From a virus: a stretch of 61,595 nucleotides of DNA. The position numbers were made by a program, and so were the translations under genes. Within the stretch, counting starts at the first letter, position 1. Every line of letters starts with the position of its first letter. The notes beneath the pieces are model-generated. The model did no database searches and was not told the origin of the DNA. It worked only from the letters and a program-made list of their open reading frames with translations. The stretch is taken from positions 64,888 through 126,482 of IMG/VR virus record IMGVR_UViG_3300037882_001257; one strand, written 5' to 3'. Shown here in pieces: positions 30,676 to 38,573 of this stretch.

Positions 30676-30746
30676 TGGGAATGGAGAGAGTCGAACTCTC
30701 GTGTCTCTGTTTTACAGACAGTACCCGCCAACCGTGCGTCACTCCC
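30676..30746 (-). tRNA. tRNA-Tyr(GTA), short variable loop
   Basis: loop CT-GTA-AA; 71 nt. Confidence 0.8.
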
Positions 30747-31036
30747 AAGTGTGGCATTAACCACTAATTTCCATCGTGAGCAATATCAAGTTCAGCTTGA
30801 AAAGCTTCTTCTTTTCTCTCTTGCTCTGCTCTTTGCAAGTAGTTAGTTTCGTCTCTACCACGCGGAGCTATCAGCGCCTCATCAACTTCTGCAATACAGA
30901 AATCAATGAACTTTCTTATCTCTCTTTCGCACTGACCACCAGGAGCATTACCTGCTAGTACATAACACCCATATAAATAAGTGATGTGTTCTTTGAAGAA
31001 ATCATGCTGATTCACAATGTCTTGATATTTCATAAG

Positions 31037-31104
31037 CCCTCTGTACCGGAGTCGAGCCGGCTCACCGTGGTTGACAGCCACAGGTCTGTACCCACAGACA
31101 GAGG
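31037..31104 (-). tRNA. tRNA-Asp(GTC), miniaturised
   Basis: loop CT-GTC-AA; G73; 68 nt. Confidence 0.75.
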
Positions 31105-31252
31105 AAAGTGTTGAGTCTCACTACTAGCCGTGTTAAAAGGAGGTCTAAGTGTCCGTCCCGCACACGAGACTAGCGGGGTCTGACCGCCAGAACTCAACTA
31201 ACCTGGGAATGGCTATCACCATTCCCTTTATAGGCTCCGATAGCAGCCTTAG

Positions 31253-31325
31253 CATCGCGGCGGGGAATCGAACCCCGATAAGCTAGTTTGAAGGACTAGC
31301 TGCCAGACCAATATAGCACCGCGAC
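31253..31325 (-). tRNA. tRNA-Glu(TTC), C33
   Basis: loop CC-TTC-AA. Confidence 0.82.
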
Positions 31326-31894
31326 ATTTATTTCTTCTTATACACTTCAACATGAGACCATTTCTCAACATGTTGTAACAACTTCATCGCCGCTCTTAAT
31401 GAATCTGCAAACTCGTTAGCCTCTTTTTCACTAGGAAAAGCCTCCCAGCGCGGTTCTTCATTCATTGTGTAGTAACCAGTTACATGTTTCCACTTGACAT
31501 AAGTTAATTCAACTGCTTCTATTTGCTTAGTTTCATCTGAAACCGGCACCTCAACTGTTTTCTTCGTCCAGAATGCCATTAGGCTACGCCCTCCACAGCT
31601 TCAAACAAAACAGTATTCCACCGACCAGTTTCCTCAAATCCCGCCAAAGTCACATCAGAGGTTGAATCATAAGTCCGACTAGCAACCACCGTATAGAGTT
31701 CGCCTAGTGTAAAAGTCAACAGGGCTTGTTCTCGCTCGTGTCGATGCCCACCTTTTCCAGTAAACTCTACCCTGGAACCAATCGGAAACCAAGGTCCATA
31801 GTTCCCATCAACCTCGCGTACATTAGGGTCAAAACCGTGAAACATCGTTTAGTCCTTTCTATTTCCTTAGAGCCAGCGGCTCACAACTTTCCCA

Positions 31895-31922
31895 AGTATA
31901 GCCTCGATTTTTCCAGTGTCAA
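31895..31922 (-). promoter_or_regulatory. sigma70-like promoter
   Basis: TTGACA-N16-TATACT. Confidence 0.7.
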
Positions 31923-32184
31923 GCCTGCGGCGCTAAGAAATTTTCCTCGTTCGTGTGCTTCGCCTTATTGACGCTCCCGGCCCCATTTCACTTCTGCGTC
32001 AGTAGCATATCTTTGAAATTGATAGCGACCCTTACACCTTAAATTCTGATTTGTACACGGCGAATTCTCCCATTGTCCAGGTATTCCCGTAGGCGCAAGA
32101 ATTCTATGTCTGCAAGTGTCACAATCCATTACGCGATATTGACAACCACTTAGTGCTAGTAATACTAGCAGCACAATCGGTATT

Positions 32185-33123
32185 CTACTCCAAGTCAATC
32201 GAATCCTCGTTTCTGGCTTTAAAGTATTGAAGTATCTCCAATTCCATAAGGGGTTTATTGCCTTCAAACTGCAACATTCCATTGGAATCATTCTTCAAAT
32301 CAAACTCAGGGTCAAAGTGGTGTCTAGTAAGAATCTGCCATCTGTCAGCGTATTTCCTATCAACCTTCTTACCGTGCCAGTAATGGATAATCGTGCCATT
32401 CAAATAGCCGGTTCTTCCTAGTAGATACTTGTAAGCTCTATCTTGCCACTGTATAACCTGCTCTTTATATCCAGGTGAGATATTCCCAGGTAGGCTTTCA
32501 TGCACGCGATTAAAGCAAGCTAGAGCCATCTGTCTATCGGCAGCACCTAGGATACTAATATCCAGTAGTCTACCTATCTCATTAATCCCCTGTCGTGTCG
32601 CAGCCCAACAGAAGCCAGGGTGGAAAGTGTCGTACTTTTTGCTGTCTCCGTTAAGACCATTCAAAAATGCGTATACGGTCCCGGTGTGTTTCTTAAGCAA
32701 CTCTTCATTTGGGCCAAGGTCCGCACAATGAGTGAACATCTGCAAGAACTTGAAGTATTGTAGGTTGTGTATTGTCTCTTGTGCCCAGTTCTTGTTGATG
32801 AACTCTATATCACCATCAATCCAGGCTACATATTTCCAATCACTTGGTAATTGAGCCATTGCCAAGTTAATCATGCGCTCTTTATGCCAGAGCATTGCGT
32901 CCGTTCGGACTTGAAGGTGAAACGGGTTAGTGGGGTCAGTTACCTCAAATTCATGGTCACGAAAGGCACACTCTACAGTGAACAGCTTCACATTTGGAAA
33001 CTGTGCCATGTAGTCTCTAAACCGCTTGTATAAGCGATAGCGAGATTTGAATTTACAGGGGTTAAAGTAAGGTGTAATTACGTACAGGGTTGGATTATCC
33101 CTGAAAAAATTCTGATGCATCAT
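32185..33123 (-). CDS. GT-A fold glycosyltransferase-like protein
   Basis: ITPYFNP, WHKERMIN, YVAWIDGD (DxD), HYWHG. Confidence 0.7.
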   Translation of the reverse strand: MMHQNFFRDNPTLYVITPYFNPCKFKSRYRLYKRFRDYMAQFPNVKLFTVECAFRDHEFEVTDPTNPFHLQVRTDAMLWHKERMINLAMAQLPSDWKYVAWIDGDIEFINKNWAQETIHNLQYFKFLQMFTHCADLGPNEELLKKHTGTVYAFLNGLNGDSKKYDTFHPGFCWAATRQGINEIGRLLDISILGAADRQMALACFNRVHESLPGNISPGYKEQVIQWQDRAYKYLLGRTGYLNGTIIHYWHGKKVDRKYADRWQILTRHHFDPEFDLKNDSNGMLQFEGNKPLMELEILQYFKARNEDSIDLE

Positions 33124-33368
33124 AAGAAGGATTTACTCTTTGTAAGTGTGGTTGTGTTATGTCCTTCCATATAATGCTCCTACGCCTGGGTCACTGTCTC
33201 TGTTAGGGTTTACCATTACGACGGGTTTTGGCGGGTTGCACACTTCTGAACAAAAGTGTAAGGTCTTTCGGTCACTCCATCCATAAGACCAGCCTTCTGG
33301 CATTTGGAGTTGTTTACTCTCGCATTGCTTTCCGCATTTATCACAATAGTAAATGAATAGTATCATAG

Positions 33369-33441
33369 AGGGCTGCGTGGGAATCGAACCCCACCACCTA
33401 GACATTAACAGTGTCGTGCTTCACCAGACAGCTACCAGCCC
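33369..33441 (-). tRNA. tRNA-Asn(GTT), atypical acceptor with U73
   Basis: loop CT-GTT-AA. Confidence 0.75.
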
Positions 33442-33446
33442 ATGAG

Positions 33447-33517
33447 TGCGTCTATGGGTACTCGAAACCCAACCGAGAACTTGGCAAGTTCCCATGCAAC
33501 CCTAACACCTTAGACGC
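33447..33517 (-). tRNA. tRNA-Gly(GCC)
   Basis: loop TT-GCC-AA. Confidence 0.85.
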
Positions 33518-33518
33518 T

Positions 33519-33594
33519 TGGTGGATGGTGGGGGAGTTGAACACCCCTTTTCTGCCGGTTCATTGGCAGCGTTCTAGCGTTAAACTAACCAACC
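33519..33594 (-). ncRNA. tRNA-like RNA with 8-nt anticodon loop and encoded CCA
   Basis: CTGCC-AATGAACC-GGCAG; ends CCATCC-A-CCA. Confidence 0.7.
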
Positions 33595-33596
33595 AG

Positions 33597-33691
33597 TCTA
33601 CGTGACAAGAATCGAACTTGCGACCCATGCTCTCTTTGCACAGGCTCCTGCTTCCAAGGCAGGTGGATTACCAGACTATCCCAACACGTAG
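33597..33691 (-). tRNA. tRNA-Pro(TGG) with long variable arm
   Basis: C1-G72, A73, loop CT-TGG-AA; 25-nt variable region. Confidence 0.8.
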
Positions 33692-33716
33692 AAAATAAAG
33701 ATGCGTTAGCATCCAG

Positions 33717-33788
33717 AGGCTCTTTTGGAACTCGAATCCAAACTACTTCTTTACGAGAGAAGTGTGCTACCAATAACACTTAAAAGCC
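33717..33788 (-). tRNA. tRNA-Thr(CGT)
   Basis: loop CT-CGT-AA. Confidence 0.82.
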
Positions 33789-34449
33789 GTTACATACATC
33801 TTCAACAAAAATATCTATGAGAAGCTGTTTCAGTGCTTCTACTTTTTCTTTTGACACACCTACAGGCCGCTCGCATCCACTGGGCAATGTGACATATAAT
33901 GTACGCAAGTTATAAGGGCGACCCCTTAATATGTCCCAAACCTTATCATTAGCTTCTAAGGCTTGCGTTTCAGCCCAATTACAATCTGGTCCCATACACG
34001 GCATATAGTCCTCAGCAAGAACAGTAGTTTCTACCTATATCATTCCACGATGAAGGGCTACCAGTCTTATTAACTTCTGCCTTCATCCAAACCTCGTTCT
34101 TAATGACTGTCGTAACGTGCCCACACCCAGGACATTGCCACGTATGAACCCCAGGTCTTAATACTATCATATTAGGCGGTTCATGCGACGGATGACGACA
34201 GCGTTGCACTTGTGGTAGCGGTTCGTAGTTAATAAAGCCCATTTTATTCCTTTTTTTCCAGCCCCATATTTGACTCATTCCAGATAAACAAAACGCCCCT
34301 ATCGTCCTCAACTACATAGCGGACTTCGCCGCTCAGCTTGTTGAACTTGGCAACTATTGTTCCTACGAACGTGTAGTCACTATTAACTCGCTTTACTTTG
34401 TCATCTACGTTGAAGCTCATAAAATTTCCTTAAGTTACGAAGTAACCAG

Positions 34450-34524
34450 TGGGAGCAACAGGAATCGAACCTGCACTACGCTGCTTCTCGAACAGCGGCC
34501 TCTACCTAGTTGGGCTATACTCCC
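34450..34524 (-). tRNA. tRNA-Leu(GAG), short variable loop, C33
   Basis: loop TC-GAG-AA. Confidence 0.78.
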
Positions 34525-34526
34525 GG

Positions 34527-34597
34527 TTTGCTATACAGGGCTTGCACCTGTTCCTATCTGCTACACGCAGATTATGCTACTATTACACCAATAGCTC
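34527..34597 (-). ncRNA. degenerate tRNA-like RNA
   Basis: D- and T-arms present; frayed acceptor; anticodon arm ATCTGC-GTGTA-GCAGAT. Confidence 0.6.
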
Positions 34598-35169
34598 CGT
34601 TGTCCGACGTTTATCGTAGTCGGACTGACCACGGCAACCGCTGCTCTTTATTTTTACATCAGGTGCTAGGTTGGCTAAGGGCCGAACTGATGAGTGTTCC
34701 ACACCCTCATGGGTCGTCTACACCAAACCGTATAGCTCAATCACTCAAAATGGCAGAACCATTTCATTTCTATTGATAGTTTGTATCCCGTATAATACTT
34801 ACACAGTAATCACAACATCTTGAGTTTTCGTTACTGTCGTAGGTCTCTTAATCTCTCTTGACCAATAGTTCACGCCCCATACTCCATTGCTACGAGGATG
34901 GATGCTGCAATCTGCACCAAAATGAGCATCCTTATCAGTCACTACCATATAATGTACGTCTCTAGCGGTGACATAGATGCGAATATCTTCAAAAGTTTCT
35001 TCGCTCTTTATACCGGCCCGCCCATAAACGTAAGTGATTTTATCACCCCTTTTGATAGTTCCATCCACAAAGTCGCTCAGGTGGAGCTGCTTTCTATAAT
35101 TAACGGGGACCGCCTTACAACCCTCAACGTCCTGACGAAACATATAAATTCCTTATGTTAGCATTCTAG

Positions 35170-35239
35170 GATTCACTAGAGGACTCGAACCTCCGCTTTC
35201 GGCGTTCTGGCCGACGTTCTACCTTTAAACTAAGCAAAC
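35170..35239 (-). ncRNA. tRNA-like RNA with 6-nt anticodon loop
   Basis: canonical D- and T-arms; TCGGC-CAGAAC-GCCGA. Confidence 0.7.
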
Positions 35240-35310
35240 TCCGATGGTTATTGAATGATGCATCATCCAACACGCACCTTTCGACTGCGTGACTAGTATA
35301 AGCAGTCTAG

Positions 35311-35384
35311 CTCCAAAGGCACGAATCGAACGTGCGGCCAAATAGTTAACAGCTATTCGATGCCACCAACGGCAACCCCTTGGA
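35311..35384 (-). tRNA. tRNA-Asn(GTT)
   Basis: loop CT-GTT-AA; U1-A72; G73. Confidence 0.88.
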
Positions 35385-35558
35385 ATAATTCTGTTTGCTT
35401 TCGCCGGTTCACAGGGTTTCTTACAACCCTCCGCGACTATGGCTATCGGTCACAGACAACCGGAACTTCGTTCAGACCTTTGTTCTCAAGAGTAACCAAG
35501 AGACTTCAACGGGATTGGTCCCGCGTTAGACAGTTACTAGCTGTCGTGTCTTAAACAG

Positions 35559-35629
35559 TCGGGAATGTGGGAATCGAACCCCTCTCCATCGCCCCAAACG
35601 ACGTGTGCGCCCACTACACTTCATTCCCG
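35559..35629 (-). tRNA. tRNA-Pro(TGG)
   Basis: loop TT-TGG-GG; C1-G72. Confidence 0.82.
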
Positions 35630-35648
35630 TTAAGTGGCAAAGCCACAG

Positions 35649-35721
35649 CCCCGTTTGTCGGAGTCGAACCGACCTAAGTAGATTTTCAGTCTACCATCCT
35701 CACCACGATGATTAAAACGGG
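35649..35721 (-). tRNA. tRNA-Phe(GAA) with atypical C1-G72 and G73
   Basis: loop CT-GAA-AA. Confidence 0.78.
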
Positions 35722-35727
35722 TTGAGC

Positions 35728-36123
35728 TTACGCTCTCAAAAGAGCTTTAGCTCTTTCTACAAATTCTTTCGTTTCTTCTGCGTGCCAGGAATATTGTACT
35801 TCCCAATCACGCCCTTCAAAAAATCTCAACGCTTCTTCTCTTGAATCAAACCATTGAATGTCTCTGTTTAAGCCGTTTCTTAGTTCATCAATCTGCTCAA
35901 GGCTTTGACACGATTGCAAAGCGTCACACCCGCTACAAGAACCCCAACCGAAGTTGAGATAGCCATATCGTTCACCATCTTGATATAGAACGCGACTGTC
36001 CCCTTGATAATCTGCATCATCTACCTGAAGTAGAATGTTGCCAAAGTCCTCAAGTATCGGTTGGTAACTTGACTCACAAAAGTAGCCACCGTCCTGTGGG
36101 TACAGCTCTTTAATGTCCTTCAT
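35728..36123 (-). CDS. conserved phage hypothetical protein
   Basis: DYQGD..FGWGSCSGCD. Confidence 0.7.
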   Translation of the reverse strand: MKDIKELYPQDGGYFCESSYQPILEDFGNILLQVDDADYQGDSRVLYQDGERYGYLNFGWGSCSGCDALQSCQSLEQIDELRNGLNRDIQWFDSREEALRFFEGRDWEVQYSWHAEETKEFVERAKALLRA

Positions 36124-36434
36124 TATTCTATCTTTACTAAGTGTTCAGGTTCCACCACAATGTGGGTATGGCCCGATGTTTTGAGAGTACCTAAATAAAC
36201 TTTAAGTGTGACGCACAACTTTTTGTTAAAGTTTTCGTAACCAATGACAGTCCCAGTTGTCCCACAATACTCGCCATAAGTGATGCGAACATAGTCACCG
36301 TGTTCAAACTTATTCGCATTAGTATAATGCGTGGGATTTTCAGTATAGTGGTTATTAAACCGAGTTGTCTTATCCCAGCGGTCGCACCCCACCGACACTA
36401 AACTCAGTCCAATTATAAGCGCCAGCTTTTTCAC
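36123..36434 (-). CDS. lipoprotein with KOW-like motif
   Basis: LVSVGC; GDYVRITYGEYCGTTGTV. Confidence 0.6.
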   Translation of the reverse strand: MKKLALIIGLSLVSVGCDRWDKTTRFNNHYTENPTHYTNANKFEHGDYVRITYGEYCGTTGTVIGYENFNKKLCVTLKVYLGTLKTSGHTHIVVEPEHLVKIE

Positions 36435-36748
36435 TCTAAGTTTCCTCTTTTAGTAGTGGGCTTACCCTTATCGTGTATCGTGCTGCCCAGTAATACTCCA
36501 CTCAAAGCTATCAATATACTCACTAAGTGAGTCAATATTAACACGCACGTAGCCGCTACAGTGAATCCAATGCCCTTTGTTTCGGGAAAGAAGCCAGCTA
36601 AGACCTCTAAGCCAATACCAACTGCTATTCCAAGTAGTATTCCAATGGCTATTACAATTTGGCCCACACAACGAACTGCGGAAGGCTCAGCCTCTAAGTT
36701 GAAATACTTGTTTTCCCATAGCTTTGTCAATGCTACGCATCCTTTATA

Positions 36749-36816
36749 TGGTGGAGTGGGGAGAAATTGTGGCTCCCGTCCTTCGCTAAGCGACGCTCTA
36801 ACCTGAGCTACACCCC
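36749..36816 (-). ncRNA. anticodon-less tRNA-Ala-like RNA with encoded CCA
   Basis: GGGGTG/CACTCC with G3-U70, ACCA end; anticodon arm TCGC-TTA-GCGA. Confidence 0.7.
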
Positions 36817-37282
36817 ATTATTTCCCGATTGAGTCTTGTACTTCTTTCAGTTTTGCTCTAACGCCGTCCGAAATAGCCTGTTTGACACCTGCCTGAAAAG
36901 CTGCTGCAATCCGCGCTTCCAAGTTCAATGTTTTCACATACTCATTAACATGGCTTTGAATTTGACCATGAACAGTCTCTTCTATAGCAGCTTTAATGTC
37001 GGGGTGTAAGTTAAAGACTTGGCCCTTACTTAGTGTGCCGTAGCAGTTTCTAACCATTCCGGCTTTATACTCGCCTAGCTGCTCTTGAAGCTGTTCAGTA
37101 AAACCCTCTCTTAATCGCTTACTAATCTCTTGAGTGGCTTGCAACCGAAGTGCAGGCTGAATATGATTCTCTAAGAGTTCCTTAGCAACCGCATGTTTCA
37201 ACTCTACCTCAAGTTCCGAGTCACCACCAATAAGGCGGTCGAGGGCGGGTTTTGTCAGTACGAGTTTTACTTTGTCGGACAT

Positions 37283-37705
37283 CTAGCTATTCCTTAGTTT
37301 TCCTGCATGAATCTTAAAGTGACAGTTCGCACACACTAATTCGCACTTGTCTATTTCTGTCCACACTTTAGGGCTTTTAGCATTTGCTAAATGAGCCACA
37401 TTACCTTCTTTATTATCTCTAGTATGATGGAACTGCAAGCAACACGGGTCTTTCTCAGAACAATACAAACAGCCCTTTTCAGCCTTTAAAGCATTAATTT
37501 GTGCTTGCAACAGTTTTCGTTTTGCTTTAGAGTGTTCAGCCATCGCTAACTTTTCAGTCAACGACTTCTTTTTATATCTACCCTTATTTAGGGCAATCAT
37601 GCACTCTTTACATCGTACTTGAAAACCATCAGGCGAACGAGCGTTTTTATGAAACCCCTGTTCGAGTTCTTTTTTCTTTCCGCAATTATTACATTTTTTC
37701 TTCAT
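37283..37705 (-). CDS. HNH endonuclease, paralog of 23294..23728
   Basis: CNNC..CKEC; CLYC..LQFHH..EIDKCELVCANCH. Confidence 0.85.
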   Translation of the reverse strand: MKKKCNNCGKKKELEQGFHKNARSPDGFQVRCKECMIALNKGRYKKKSLTEKLAMAEHSKAKRKLLQAQINALKAEKGCLYCSEKDPCCLQFHHTRDNKEGNVAHLANAKSPKVWTEIDKCELVCANCHFKIHAGKLRNS

Positions 37706-37756
37706 ACAAGTATTATGTCCTAATATTTAAAATTAGGATAAATACTTTTAACTAAG

Positions 37757-37829
37757 TACCCCGCCGAGGAGTTGAACCCCGACCGACCTCCTTAAAAGGG
37801 AGACATGCAAACCATAACACCTGCGAGGC
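37757..37829 (-). tRNA. tRNA-Lys(TTT)
   Basis: loop CT-TTT-AA. Confidence 0.85.
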
Positions 37830-37996
37830 AAACTAACTAATCTTCTCTGCGAACCCATTCGATATAAAACTGAATCTCATACGCTTCGTCTAAAGTCAAA
37901 CCGCTTAAATCACCTTTAGACCAAGTTTCCTTTTCATCTGGATAATACCGCTGCCAACCATTTGCGATTAGCACAGCTTCCTTTTCGTTTTTGTCC

Positions 37997-38024
37997 ATTA
38001 TACAGCCGATTTTCCTAGAGTCAA
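37997..38024 (-). promoter_or_regulatory. sigma70-like promoter
   Basis: TTGACT-N16-TATAAT. Confidence 0.65.
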
Positions 38025-38453
38025 GCGCTCTTGCGCTTTTTGCAATGCTTGCAGCACCTATCCCGAAGCATCGCTACCAACGAAATAATCACCGCCCCCA
38101 CCACCAGTAGGACTTCGCCTACACCACCACAAATACAGCCTAACGGCATTTTAAGTTCCTTGCGTCTAGAATCGACTTTACCCTATTGACCATATTGAGA
38201 TGGGTCTCTTCTCCAAATATTTGGTCTAAATCCAATTCCCTAATAATCTCCCACGCTAAGCTATAAGTGTCTACCGTATCATCAGACTCAAAACTAAAGA
38301 AATCAGACATATGTTCCTTCTAATCCCGGTGGGTAGAACCCTTAAAAATAGAGAAAGCTGCGCTCTAGCAGATAAATGCAACTACTTTATAATTGGGTTC
38401 ATGTTTATTCAACTTATTGAGCATGGGTTTTATACTTTTCTTTCTTGGTTTAG

Positions 38454-38526
38454 TGTCCCGTCAGGGAGTCGAACCCTGGTTTCCGGCTTGAGGGGCCAGC
38501 GTACTAGGCCACTATACGAAAGGGAC
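38454..38526 (-). tRNA. tRNA-Glu(CTC), C33
   Basis: loop CC-CTC-AA; acceptor starts GTCCC. Confidence 0.85.
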
Positions 38527-38545
38527 AAATTTAACATTCTTATGT

Positions 38546-38573
38546 ATTATACCCCAAAAGCCGCCAAAGGCAA
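38546..38573 (-). promoter_or_regulatory. sigma70-like promoter upstream of tRNA-Glu
   Basis: TTGCCT-N16-TATAAT. Confidence 0.65.

Noticed and set aside
31253-31325. tRNA-Glu read as an opal (TCA) suppressor or tRNA-Sec via CT-TCA-AA
   Set aside because: The stem CTAGT/ACTAG fixes the loop as CCTTCAA, giving anticodon TTC; there is no long arm or extended acceptor. The same logic rejects Tyr and Cys readings of 3012 and 25176.
33622-33646. Intron in tRNA-Pro
   Set aside because: The insert is at the variable-arm position and forms a simple hairpin without a bulge-helix-bulge or self-splicing core.
34688-34730. Hammerhead core CTGATGAG on the plus strand
   Set aside because: No GAAA closing stem II.
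24279-34776. ORFs 24279..24470, 28100..28312, 33411..33605, 33585..33779, 34510..34776 and the N-terminal extensions of several ORFs (25285, 25622, 30383, 30764)
   Set aside because: They overlap tRNA genes; the real starts lie downstream of the tRNAs.
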